From Lentisphaeria bacterium UBA4640 (GTDB lineage Bacteria > Verrucomicrobiota > Lentisphaeria > Victivallales > UBA1829), in NCBI GenBank assembly GCA_002405835.1, contig DHMO01000042.1:16036-80035 (forward strand): a DNA stretch of 64,000 bases. The letters are read 5' to 3'. The notes beneath the pieces are model-generated. The model searched no databases, was not told the origin of the DNA, and saw nothing but the letters and a program-made list of their open reading frames with translations. A program made the position numbers and the translations under genes. Below are positions 17,474 to 26,768 of the stretch, piece after piece; within the stretch, counting starts at the first letter, position 1, and every line of letters starts with the position of its first letter.

Positions 17474-18538
17474 TCAGAACGGCAGTTCCTGCTGATCATC
17501 GGTGATTTTGCGCGCTCCGCGCCGCACTCCGTTCGGATAGAGCGGGGGAGTGAGACCGAACATGCGCCACGATTTATCCGAAACGATACGTCCCTGCGGC
17601 GTGCGCATCATGTATCCTTCCTGAATCAGATATGGTTCATAGACGTCTTCAATGGTATCCGCTTCTTCGCCGACTGCGACGGAGAGAGAGTTCAGACCGA
17701 CCGGTCCGCCTTTGAAATTGACCATGATCATCTCAAGAATGCGTTTGTCCATCTCGTCGAGTCCGCTGTCGTCGATGTCGAGCATAGTGAGCGCGGCCGC
17801 GGCGAGTTCCTGCGTGATGTGTCCTTTGCCTTTGACCTGGGCGAAGTCACGGGTCCAGCGGAGGAGATTGTTTGCGATTCGCGGAGTTCCGCGGCTGCGG
17901 CGTGCGATTTCAAACGCGCCTTCCGGGTCGATTTTGACTTTGAGAATTCCGGCGGACCGGAGAACAATGTCGCGCAGTTCCTCCGGACTGTAGTAGTCGA
18001 GACGGAGGGAGAGTTCGAAGCGGGAGCGCAGCGGAGCCGAGAGAAGCCCCTGGCGCGTGGTTGCGCCGATGAGCGTGAATTCGGGAATGGTCAGCCGCAC
18101 GGAGCGCGCACCGGGTCCCTGGTCGATCATGATGTCGATGAAGAAATCCTCCATGGCGCTGTAGAGATACTCTTCGACGGCGGTGTTCAGACGGTGGATT
18201 TCGTCGATGAACAGGATGTCGCCTTTTTCGAGCGAAGTGAGCAGTCCCGCGAGATCGCCGGGTTTTTCGATGACGGGGCCGCTGGAGGTTTTGATGTTCG
18301 CGCCTTTTTCATTGGCGATGATGTAGGCGAGCGTGGTCTTGCCGAGTCCCGGAGGACCGCTGAGGAGGAGATGTCCGAGCGGTTCGGAGCGGTTTTTCGC
18401 CGCGGCGACGTAGATTTCCAGACGGTCCTTCGTCTTGGTCTGTCCGGGAAAAGAGCTGAAGTTCTGCGGGCGCAGAGTGGTTTCCGCCTCTGCATCCTTC
18501 TTATTTAACGTGGAAGTTATGAATCTTTCGTTTTCCAT
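17474..18538 (-). CDS. ruvB: Holliday junction branch migration helicase RuvB
   Basis: Segments LRPQNF..F.GQ, the Walker [15 protein letters not shown], and [10 protein letters not shown]. 354 aa. Confidence 0.95.
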   Translation of the reverse strand: MENERFITSTLNKKDAEAETTLRPQNFSSFPGQTKTKDRLEIYVAAAKNRSEPLGHLLLSGPPGLGKTTLAYIIANEKGANIKTSSGPVIEKPGDLAGLLTSLEKGDILFIDEIHRLNTAVEEYLYSAMEDFFIDIMIDQGPGARSVRLTIPEFTLIGATTRQGLLSAPLRSRFELSLRLDYYSPEELRDIVLRSAGILKVKIDPEGAFEIARRSRGTPRIANNLLRWTRDFAQVKGKGHITQELAAAALTMLDIDDSGLDEMDKRILEMIMVNFKGGPVGLNSLSVAVGEEADTIEDVYEPYLIQEGYMMRTPQGRIVSDKSWRMFGLTPPLYPNGVRRGARKITDDQQELPF

Positions 18539-18632
18539 GACTTTAAATCCTGCTTTCCTGATGTATATTACAAGTGAGAGTATACTTTAACTTTTCAAAA
18601 AAGCAAACGGAAAAACAATTAAAGGAGCGAAA

Positions 18633-20624
18633 ATGTCGGATTTGAAATCTCTGAAGCTCGCGGCGGACACGGTCCGCCTGCTTTCTGCGGACGGCGTGCA
18701 GAAGGCAAAATCGGGTCACCCGGGCATGCCGATGGGAACGGCGGACATCGCCTTCACCCTCTGGTATAAATTCCTCAAACACAACCCCAAGAACCCGAAC
18801 TGGCTCGGACGTGACCGCTTTGTCCTTTCCGCCGGACACGGTTCTATGCTCATCTACAGCCTGCTTCATCTCTTCGGCTACGGGCTGACCATGGATGATC
18901 TCAAGAACTTCCGCCAGTGGGACAGCCTTACCCCGGGACATCCGGAATACGGGCACACCAAAGGCGTCGAAGTCACGACCGGACCGCTCGGAACCGGTTT
19001 CGCTTCCGCCGTCGGAATGGCCGCGGCCGCCAAGCACTTCGCCGCAGTGACCGGACTTGACAAGACGGGACTTCTTGACCGCAAAGTCTACATCGTCGCC
19101 GGGGACGGCTGCATGATGGAAGGCATCTCGCACGAAGCAGCTTCCTTCGCCGGACACCTCAAGCTCGACAATCTCGTCCTTTTCTATGACGACAACAGTA
19201 TCAGCATCGAAGGGTCCACCGGAATCGCCTTTACTGAAAATGTCGCCAAACGCTTTGAAGCCTACGGCTGGCGCACGCTCAAAATCGAAAACGCCAACGA
19301 TACGGAACAGGTTCTCAAGGGCATCGAAGCCGCGCAGGTTTCCGACGGCCGGCCGACGTTTGTCGACTGCCGCACGGTGATCGGTTTCGGTTCTCCCTCG
19401 AAGGCCGGTTCCTGCAAATCCCACGGCGAGCCGCTCGGCACGGATGATCTCGCCGGAGCCAAAGCCGCTCTCGGTTTTCCCCCGGACGCTTTCTACGTTC
19501 CTCAGGAAGTCCGCGACATGGTCGGCGCCCGCGTCGCAGAGCTCGAAAAAGAGGCTGCCGCATGGGATGCCGAATTCCAAAAATTCGTGGAAGCGAACCC
19601 GGACAAGGCGCAGCTCATCTCCGACATGCTCTCTCTGAAGGTTCCCGAAAACCTGCTGGAGCAGCTTCTTGCAGTTGCCCCGGTTGACAAGCCGGTTGCC
19701 ACGCGCGCATCGAGCGGCGCAATCCTTCAGAAGGTTGCGGAACAGGTTCCCGCCCTCTTCGGCGGAGCGGCCGACCTCGCGCCTTCGACGAAAACCGACA
19801 TCAAGAACGGCGGCGACTTCGCCCCCGAAAATTATGCCGGACGCAACATCCACTTCGGCGTCCGCGAACTTGCAATGAGCGTCATCGGAAACGGCATGGC
19901 GGTCTATGGCGGTCACATTCCGTATACATCGACCTTCTTCGTCTTCTCCGACTTCATGAAGCCGGGCATCCGCCTTGCCGCTCTCCAGAAGATCCGCTCC
20001 ATCTACGTCTTCACGCACGATTCCTTCTATGTCGGCGAAGACGGTCCGACGCATGAACCGATCGAGCAGCTTGCCATGCTCCGCACGATTCCGGGCATGA
20101 CGGTCATCCGTCCGGCGGAAGCGCATGAAGTTGCGCACGCCTGGGCTTATGCGGCGAACAGCAAGACTCCGGTTGCGCTGATTCTGACCCGTCAGGATCT
20201 CGCCCCGTACGATGCGGAGACCGCCGCGAAGGTTGATGTCACGAAGGGCGCCTATGTGGTTTCGGAAGATGCCGCGTATGACACGATTCTGATCGCGACC
20301 GGATCGGAAGTCAACACCGCGCTCGGCGCCGCGCACATCCTGCGGGAAAGCGGACGCCGCATCCGTGTTGTTTCGATGCCTTCCCGCGAGCTCTTCCTCG
20401 CCCAGAGCGCGGAATACCGCGAAAGCGTCATTCCGTCCGCCTGTGAGAAACGTGTGACGATTGAAGCCGCCAGCACGTTCGGCTGGGAGAAATTTGCCGG
20501 CGACAAAGGACTCTGCATCGGTCTTGATCACTTCGGCGCCTCCGCTCCGTACAAGGTTCTTGCGGAGAAGTTCGGTTTCACACCGGAAGCCGTTGCAAAG
20601 AAGATTGCGGAATTCTTCGCATAA
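18633..20624 (+). CDS. tkt: Transketolase
   Basis: 663 aa. Segments: SGHPGMPMG, GHGSMLIYSLLHL, the TPP motif GDGCMMEGISHEA, and THDSFYVGEDGPTHEPIEQL. Confidence 0.95.
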   Translation: MSDLKSLKLAADTVRLLSADGVQKAKSGHPGMPMGTADIAFTLWYKFLKHNPKNPNWLGRDRFVLSAGHGSMLIYSLLHLFGYGLTMDDLKNFRQWDSLTPGHPEYGHTKGVEVTTGPLGTGFASAVGMAAAAKHFAAVTGLDKTGLLDRKVYIVAGDGCMMEGISHEAASFAGHLKLDNLVLFYDDNSISIEGSTGIAFTENVAKRFEAYGWRTLKIENANDTEQVLKGIEAAQVSDGRPTFVDCRTVIGFGSPSKAGSCKSHGEPLGTDDLAGAKAALGFPPDAFYVPQEVRDMVGARVAELEKEAAAWDAEFQKFVEANPDKAQLISDMLSLKVPENLLEQLLAVAPVDKPVATRASSGAILQKVAEQVPALFGGAADLAPSTKTDIKNGGDFAPENYAGRNIHFGVRELAMSVIGNGMAVYGGHIPYTSTFFVFSDFMKPGIRLAALQKIRSIYVFTHDSFYVGEDGPTHEPIEQLAMLRTIPGMTVIRPAEAHEVAHAWAYAANSKTPVALILTRQDLAPYDAETAAKVDVTKGAYVVSEDAAYDTILIATGSEVNTALGAAHILRESGRRIRVVSMPSRELFLAQSAEYRESVIPSACEKRVTIEAASTFGWEKFAGDKGLCIGLDHFGASAPYKVLAEKFGFTPEAVAKKIAEFFA

Positions 20625-20643
20625 TCCGGCTTGACGGAACTGT

Positions 20644-20691
20644 AAAAAACGCGTTTCCCTGTGCACAAATGCCGGGAAACGCGTTTTTTTT
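20644..20691. terminator. Bidirectional rho-independent terminator after tkt
   Basis: Perfect 16-bp stem aaaaaacgcgtttccc (20644-20659) / gggaaacgcgtttttt (20674-20689), with a 14-nt loop. It has an A-tract 5' and a T-tract 3'. Confidence 0.7.
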
Positions 20692-20724
20692 CAACTTTTT
20701 TCGGTTTTTTTTCATTTTACCCCC

Positions 20725-20753
20725 TTCACAAAATCGCGTTTATGGTGCATAAT
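20725..20753 (+). promoter_or_regulatory. Candidate cspA promoter with a ~80-nt leader
   Basis: TTCACA (20725-20730), a 17-nt spacer, then CATAAT (20748-20753). A long 5' UTR is typical of cold-shock genes. Confidence 0.35.
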
Positions 20754-20836
20754 ATATAAGGCGACACGCCGGAGCATGAAAAAGCCCGTTCCGGAGGAGT
20801 GCCGCGTTAAACATTTCAAGGAGAGGTCTTTTCAGA

Positions 20837-21046
20837 ATGGACAAGGAAAAAGGTAAAGTCAAGTGGTTTAACAATGCCAAAGGATTCGGTTTCATCGAGC
20901 GTGAAGCGGGCGGCGATATTTTCGTTCACTACAGCTCCATCAAGGTCGACGGCTACCGGACTCTGAAGGAAGGACAGCAGGTCGAGTTCATCGTCTCTCA
21001 GGGAGACAAAGGTCTCCAGGCGGACGAAGTCGTCGCCCTGTCGTGA
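20837..21046 (+). CDS. cspA: Cold-shock protein (CspA family)
   Basis: 69 aa. The RNP1 and RNP2 motifs are KGFGFI and DIFVHYS. Confidence 0.95.
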   Translation: MDKEKGKVKWFNNAKGFGFIEREAGGDIFVHYSSIKVDGYRTLKEGQQVEFIVSQGDKGLQADEVVALS

Positions 21047-22216
21047 TCACTTCCGGTGTTTCGCCTGAAACACCGCGCAGAACAGAAGGGCGGCGGAGGA
21101 AACAATGCCGCCTGCGCATCCGATCCATGCAAGGGAAAGATGCGTGCTCACCATTCCCCCGAACAGACTTCCCGTCGCAATGCCGAAATTGAAGATCCCG
21201 GAGAAGATTGACATTGCCACGGCCGTTCCGTTTTCCGGTGTGCTCCGGATCACTTCCGCCTGGCAGGTGACATTGAATGCCGTTCCGGCAATTCCCCACA
21301 CCGCACACAGCGCAAGAAGCATCCACAGGTGAGCTGCAGCGGGATAAAGCAGAAAGAGCGCTGCAGCAGTGAAGACCAGTGTCAGCAGCAGAAATGCGCG
21401 CGGCATCCGGTCGTAAAAACGGGAAAACAGCCAGCTTCCGGCGATTCCGGCACCTCCGAACAGCACCAGTATCCAGGTGATGAGCCCGTCGGGCTGATGT
21501 GCAATCTGTTTGAGAAACGGTTCTATGTAGCTGTATGCTGTGTAATACGCTGTCGCAAAGAGCGCGGAGAGCACGTAAATCCCGATGAGAAACGGGTTGT
21601 GCAGGAGCGCGGGCAGGTCGCGGACCGAGAACGAACCGCTGCCCGGAATCTTCGGTGCGGCAAACTGCAGATAGAGCAGAATTGCAAATGCAATGATTCC
21701 GACGCTCAGGAAAGTCATTCTCCAGCCGATCTGAAGTCCCACAAGCCGTCCGACGGGGAGCCCGACGATGATTGCAATCGAACTTCCAGTCACAATCATT
21801 CCGAGTGCGAGCGAACGGAATTTTTCCGGAACGAACCGCACCGCCATCGGCGAGGCGATTGACCAGAAGACAGAGTGAGCGCACGCGACGCCGATTCGCG
21901 ACGCCATCAGCATCCAGTAGTTTCCCGAGAAGGCGGAGAGCAGCTGACATCCGCCGAACAGCGCGAGCGTGCCGATCAGCAGACGTTTCATTTCCATCCG
22001 GCAGACGAGGAGCATCAGGGGAAGAGAGAGCAGCATGACCACCCACGCGTAGACGGAAATCAGCATTCCCGCCCGCGCTTCCGTAATCCTGAAATCCTCC
22101 GCAATATCCGTCAGCAACCCGATCGGCATGAATTCCGATGTGTTCAGAATGAATGTGGATGCCGTCATTCCGAGCAGCGGGAGCCATTCTTGGATAGACA
22201 GCCTGTCTTCAGGCAT
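21047..22216 (-). CDS. MFS transporter (sugar-efflux SotB/YdeA-like)
   Basis: 389 aa with 12 hydrophobic segments. The N-terminus EFMPIGLL..IA.DF and the loop motif RMEMKRLLIG are typical of this MFS subgroup. Confidence 0.8.
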   Translation of the reverse strand: MPEDRLSIQEWLPLLGMTASTFILNTSEFMPIGLLTDIAEDFRITEARAGMLISVYAWVVMLLSLPLMLLVCRMEMKRLLIGTLALFGGCQLLSAFSGNYWMLMASRIGVACAHSVFWSIASPMAVRFVPEKFRSLALGMIVTGSSIAIIVGLPVGRLVGLQIGWRMTFLSVGIIAFAILLYLQFAAPKIPGSGSFSVRDLPALLHNPFLIGIYVLSALFATAYYTAYSYIEPFLKQIAHQPDGLITWILVLFGGAGIAGSWLFSRFYDRMPRAFLLLTLVFTAAALFLLYPAAAHLWMLLALCAVWGIAGTAFNVTCQAEVIRSTPENGTAVAMSIFSGIFNFGIATGSLFGGMVSTHLSLAWIGCAGGIVSSAALLFCAVFQAKHRK

Positions 22217-23387
22217 TCTGCACCTTCTGCTTCATGAGAGTGTTCAGTCTTTCAATAATCAGAGTCATGAGAATCAGAAAGAAGAGGATGAACCAGGGAA
22301 AAATGTGCGTTCCGGTCCGTTCCGCCAGAATTCCGAAGAGCGGCGGCATGGTTGTGGAGCCGACATACGCGCTCGCCATTTGAATTCCGATGATCGCCTG
22401 CGAGTTCTGTTCTCCGAAGTTCGAAGGCGTCTGGTGGATGATTGCCGGATAGATCGGCGCGCATCCGGTTCCGAGCAGAAGGAGTCCGGCGAGCGGAACA
22501 AGGCTGAATTTGACCGGAAGCAGGAGCAGCAGAAGCCCGATGAGGAGCAGGATGGAGCCGTATCTGATCATATTCCGGTCGCCGATTCGGGGCGAAATGA
22601 AACCGCTGATGAGACGTCCCGCCATGATGCCGAAGAAGAAGAGCGCGCCCCATTTTGCCGCTTCCGCTGGAGAAAATCCGCGCGCAAGGGCGAGGTAGGA
22701 GCAGGACCAGACGATTGCAACGGATTCGAGCGAACAGTAGCAGCAGAATGCGGCAAGAATGTGTTTAACGCCCGGAATCCGCAGAGAGTCGGTCAGCTTG
22801 AGCGGAGCCGCGCTCTCCGGGGAGGCCGCATCTTCGCTGTTTCTCTTTTTCCAAAGCGGAAGACTGAGGAAAAGACAGAGCGTGAGAACAATCTGAATGA
22901 TGGAGACCGTGCGGTATCCGCTCTGCCAGCCGAGATTGCGCTGAAGGCAGACGCTCATGATGTACGGACTGATCGTCACGCCGACTCCCCAGAAGCAGTG
23001 GAGCCAGTTCATGTGTCTGGAGGAGTAGTGCAGGGCGACATAGTTGTTGAGCGCCGCATCGACAGCGCCCGCGCCGAGTCCGTACGGGATTGCCCAGAGA
23101 CAGAGCATCCAGAAGGAGCCGGAGATGGAAAATCCGAAGAGTGCGACAGCGGTCAGCAGGACGCTGAATGCTGTGACTTTCCCTGCGCCGAGCCAGCGCG
23201 TCATGCGGTCGGACATGAGGCTTGAGACGACTGTTCCGCATGAGATGATGAATGTAATGATTCCCGCAAACGAGAGCGGAACATTCAGCGTTTTGTAAAG
23301 GACCGGCCATGCCGCCCCGAGCAGAGCGTCGGGAAGTCCCAGGCTGATGAATGCAAGATAGATCATTGCAAGAAGCAGCGAAAACAT
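22209..23387 (-). CDS. MFS transporter
   Basis: I trimmed the track ORF 22209..23450 to the ATG at 23387 (MFSLLLAMIYLAFISLGLPD...). It has 12 hydrophobic segments and overlaps the downstream MFS gene by 8 nt. Confidence 0.75.
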   Translation of the reverse strand: MFSLLLAMIYLAFISLGLPDALLGAAWPVLYKTLNVPLSFAGIITFIISCGTVVSSLMSDRMTRWLGAGKVTAFSVLLTAVALFGFSISGSFWMLCLWAIPYGLGAGAVDAALNNYVALHYSSRHMNWLHCFWGVGVTISPYIMSVCLQRNLGWQSGYRTVSIIQIVLTLCLFLSLPLWKKRNSEDAASPESAAPLKLTDSLRIPGVKHILAAFCCYCSLESVAIVWSCSYLALARGFSPAEAAKWGALFFFGIMAGRLISGFISPRIGDRNMIRYGSILLLIGLLLLLLPVKFSLVPLAGLLLLGTGCAPIYPAIIHQTPSNFGEQNSQAIIGIQMASAYVGSTTMPPLFGILAERTGTHIFPWFILFFLILMTLIIERLNTLMKQKVQNA

Positions 23388-23460
23388 GAAAAAATTCCTT
23401 TCACTTGTTTGGTTTGGAGCAAAATATACTTCCGGAAAGGGAAAAATCAAGGAGAGAAAA

Positions 23461-23829
23461 TCAGGTTTTTTTCATGCTTTCAGCTGTGTTGCCGGCAAGT
23501 TTCAACGCTTTTCCGCCGGCGCAGAGGTCATCCCAGCCGGGAAAGTTCCATTCGAACGGAAAGGCGGAGCACTGATGCGGTTTCACCGGATTGATCCGGC
23601 AGGATTTCGCCGCATCGTCATAGTAAACGCAGCTGCCGTCCGCGGCCTCCATCAGGGAGAGTCCGCGGCGGTCGGGCGTCAGAACGGTGTGATGATTGAT
23701 GAAATCCTGCACTTCGATGTGGAGAAAGGCGGCGATCCGTTCGATCTCCGCCTCATTGACACGTACCGGTCCCTCCCACTTGCAGCAGGTTCCGCAGCGG
23801 AGGCACCGGAAGGAGGAAAGATGCGTCAT
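23461..23829 (-). CDS. YkgJ-family cysteine-cluster (CxxCxxCC) protein
   Basis: 122 aa with the motif FRCLRCGTCCKWEG near the N-terminus. It overlaps the lpxD stop by 4 nt. Confidence 0.75.
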   Translation of the reverse strand: MTHLSSFRCLRCGTCCKWEGPVRVNEAEIERIAAFLHIEVQDFINHHTVLTPDRRGLSLMEAADGSCVYYDDAAKSCRINPVKPHQCSAFPFEWNFPGWDDLCAGGKALKLAGNTAESMKKT

Positions 23830-24872
23830 TCGCCTTTCGTCTCTTTCAGAGTTTTCAGTTCCGTTTCGAGCGCTTCGATACGGGCGAGAAGGCGTTTCAC
23901 CTTGCGCGGGAGCATATGGCGTTCAAAGTATTCCGCATCGGTTTCGGCAGGCAGACCGAACACCGAGACTCCCGGCGGAACGCTGCGCTGCGCGGCGGAG
24001 GCGCCCGCAATGAAACAGCCGTCGCCGAGTGTGATGTGCCCGTTGACTCCGGCCTGGGCGGAGACGATTACGCCGCGTCCGATTTCCGCGCTTCCGGCAA
24101 CGCCGGACTGTCCGATGAGAACCGAGGATTCGCCGAGAATGACGTTGTGTCCAACCTGCACGAGATTGTCGATTTTCGCGCCTTTCTTGATCCAGGTTTT
24201 GCCGAAACGGGCGCGGTCGACGCAGGAATTCGCGCCGATTTCAACGTCGTTGTCGATCTGCACGATTCCGTTCTGGGGAACCTTGATGAGACCGCGGAAG
24301 GTCGGGGTGTAACCGAAGCCGTCGGCGCCGATGACGGAGCCCGCATGGATGATGACGCGGTCGCCGAGGATGCAGCGGTGCATGATGGAGACATTGGCGT
24401 TGATGATGCAGTTTTTGCCGACTTTGGCGTAGTGCCCGATATATGCGCCGCCGCCGATGACGGAGTTGTCACCGATTTCCGCGTGCGCCTGGACAACGGC
24501 GTTGGGACCGACGTAGACATTTTCGCCGAGCTTTGCGGTCGGGTCGACGTATGCGCCGGGGCAGATGCCCGGTTCGTAATGGATCGGTTCGGGAGCGTAT
24601 TCGTTGCAGAGACGCGTGAACGCCTTGTCGGGGGCTTCGCAGAAGACGAGCGTGCGGGTGTCGGTCGGTTCCAGTTTCATGCCGTTTTCGACGAGAACGA
24701 TTCCTGCTTTAGTCTCATCAAGCTGTTTGCGGTGCTTGATGGAGGCGAGGAAGGAGGCGTCGTCCGCCGTGGCGAGACGGAGGGAGTTGACGCCGGAAAT
24801 CATTCGCTGTTCGTCGCCCGCGACGGTTCCGTCGACGAGTTCCGCGATCTGTTTTGCACTGAATGTTTTCAT
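23826..24872 (-). CDS. lpxD: UDP-3-O-acylglucosamine N-acyltransferase
   Basis: 348 aa. It has the N-terminal LpxD domain (FSAKQIAELVDG...), a long hexapeptide-repeat left-handed beta-helix, and a C-terminal helix. Confidence 0.9.
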   Translation of the reverse strand: MKTFSAKQIAELVDGTVAGDEQRMISGVNSLRLATADDASFLASIKHRKQLDETKAGIVLVENGMKLEPTDTRTLVFCEAPDKAFTRLCNEYAPEPIHYEPGICPGAYVDPTAKLGENVYVGPNAVVQAHAEIGDNSVIGGGAYIGHYAKVGKNCIINANVSIMHRCILGDRVIIHAGSVIGADGFGYTPTFRGLIKVPQNGIVQIDNDVEIGANSCVDRARFGKTWIKKGAKIDNLVQVGHNVILGESSVLIGQSGVAGSAEIGRGVIVSAQAGVNGHITLGDGCFIAGASAAQRSVPPGVSVFGLPAETDAEYFERHMLPRKVKRLLARIEALETELKTLKETKGE

Positions 24873-24884
24873 GAAAAGCTCCTG

Positions 24885-25454
24885 TTATTTTCCGGCGGGT
24901 CTGCCGGTGTTGAGTTCTTTGAGTAGAGTTTCGCTGATTTCGATGGTTTTGCTGCTGTAGATGACAACCGGCATTCCGGTGGCGGAGACGGCGGATTTGT
25001 CAAGAATGAGCGTGTATCCTGCGAGAGCGGCGTGTTTTTCCGCCGCTTTCCGGATATCGTTCAGGATCGCCGCGTGTTCGCGGTCGCGGTCATCGCGGAG
25101 CTGTGCGGACTTTTCCCGGTCGTAGGTCGTAAGTTCGCGTTCCTTCGCAACGATTTCACGGTATTTGTCCTGTGCGGCAAGACGCTTGCTTTCCTGTGCG
25201 GCTTCGGTCAGAGTGATGTTCTGCGAAGCATCGCGGAGAGCCGTGAATTCCGACCGGAGTTTTGTGAGCGATTCCAGGAGTTTCTGCGCATAATCTTTGT
25301 AGACATCCGCCTGACGCTTGAGGTTCGCTTCCACAATTTTGGTTTTGTAATACTCCTGCACGACGCGGTCGAGATCGATAATGGCGATTTTCTGTTCCGC
25401 GGCGAACACCGCGGCGGAGAGGGTCAGCAGGGAGACGAGCAGAATTTTTTTCAT
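24885..25454 (-). CDS. skp: OmpH/Skp-family periplasmic chaperone
   Basis: 189 aa. It has a signal peptide (MKKILLVSLLTLSAAVFAAE), a coiled-coil-rich body, and the conserved position upstream of lpxD. Confidence 0.8.
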   Translation of the reverse strand: MKKILLVSLLTLSAAVFAAEQKIAIIDLDRVVQEYYKTKIVEANLKRQADVYKDYAQKLLESLTKLRSEFTALRDASQNITLTEAAQESKRLAAQDKYREIVAKERELTTYDREKSAQLRDDRDREHAAILNDIRKAAEKHAALAGYTLILDKSAVSATGMPVVIYSSKTIEISETLLKELNTGRPAGK

Positions 25455-25470
25455 TTGGAGGATTCCTTTC

Positions 25471-26709
25471 TCAGAGATAGCCTTTTGTTCCGCGCCAGCA
25501 GCGGCGGAATTCGCGGTTGAATTCGCGGGCGATCTCCTTGTTTTTTATGATGAGAATGTTTTCATCGTTGCTGCGTTCGGCGTTCCTGGAGAAGTTGTAG
25601 CTCCCGGTGATCACCGTTTCGTCGTCGATGATAATGACTTTATGATGCATTTTCCCCGAACGGTTCGGGGCGAGGCGGACCGCGACGCCGTTGCGTCCGA
25701 GGAATTTGTTCTGGCTGTATTTCCCGTGAGCCTGTCCGTTGTCGAACAGACAGCGGACGGAAACGCCGCGTTTTGCGAGAGATGTGAGTTCTTTTGCAAC
25801 TTCCGGCGCGGTGAAGGAGAACGCCATTATGCGGACGCTGTGTTTCGCCTTCGCGAGCTCTTCGAGGAGCCGCTTCTGCACGCCGTCCGAGGGGGAAAAC
25901 ATGACTTCGACGGGCAAGGTTCCGCCGATGACGACTTTGCCGCCGTTTGTTTTGCGCTTGGCTTTCGGACCGAATTTGCCGGAGAAATATTCTTCAAACT
26001 TTGTCTGATAGCATGCGGCGAGCTGCGGGGATTCGAGAATCAGCGCATTGTTGTCGTTCTTGCGCGAGCCGTTGATGGTGAAGTTGAAGGAACCTGTCCA
26101 GACATACTTCGCATCGACAACGACGAACTTGTTGTGCATGATTGCGGGGCGGTTGTCCGGTACGACGGGGATTTTCGCATCTTTGAGCCGGTTTACAGCC
26201 TGGAGCTTGAAGTTGTCGGTATCGGTGACGACGCGGACGGCAACGCCGCGTTTTTCCGCATCGGTGAGTGCGCGCGCCACATCGAAGAGATCAAGGTCGT
26301 AGATGCAGATGTCAACGGAGCTTTGCGCGGAGTCGATGAGTTTGCAGAGACCTTCGCGGATATGCGGGGAGGGCGCAAAATAGAGTTTGACCGGAGTTGA
26401 GTTCGGGACCGGCACAACGGCGGTGTCGTCGTAACGCGAGGAATCGGGAGCGACTTTCGCGATGACATTGTTGCGTGTGCGGAGGGTGAACGTATGAACC
26501 GGTTCGAGAGCATCCGGGATCCGTTCTTCGGGGACATAGGAGAACCCGATTCCCGCCGCGCCGAGCAGGAGTATTGCCGCAAGCATGTATCCGCGCAGGT
26601 GTTTCGCCGCAGTCCGTATCGCCTTGCCTTTTACTTTTCCGGCCGCGTGTCTGACCGCCTGATCGGCAATTTTTTTCGGTATTTTATTCTTTCCAGTGCT
26701 TCTGCCCAT
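25471..26709 (-). CDS. Membrane-anchored phospholipase D superfamily protein with two HKD motifs
   Basis: 412 aa with an N-terminal TM segment (LRGYMLAAILLLGAAGIGFSYV). The first HKD is IMHNKFVVVD...GSFNFT and the second is KMHHKVIIIDD...GSYNFS. Confidence 0.85.
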   Translation of the reverse strand: MGRSTGKNKIPKKIADQAVRHAAGKVKGKAIRTAAKHLRGYMLAAILLLGAAGIGFSYVPEERIPDALEPVHTFTLRTRNNVIAKVAPDSSRYDDTAVVPVPNSTPVKLYFAPSPHIREGLCKLIDSAQSSVDICIYDLDLFDVARALTDAEKRGVAVRVVTDTDNFKLQAVNRLKDAKIPVVPDNRPAIMHNKFVVVDAKYVWTGSFNFTINGSRKNDNNALILESPQLAACYQTKFEEYFSGKFGPKAKRKTNGGKVVIGGTLPVEVMFSPSDGVQKRLLEELAKAKHSVRIMAFSFTAPEVAKELTSLAKRGVSVRCLFDNGQAHGKYSQNKFLGRNGVAVRLAPNRSGKMHHKVIIIDDETVITGSYNFSRNAERSNDENILIIKNKEIAREFNREFRRCWRGTKGYL

Positions 26710-26768
26710 TTTTTACCTCGTTATCTCGGAAATATATCGGTGCAACGGCGAAAAGTCAAGTGCTTTTT

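Noticed and set aside
18543-20666. A 707-aa minus-strand ORF.
   Set aside because: It is an antisense shadow of transketolase.
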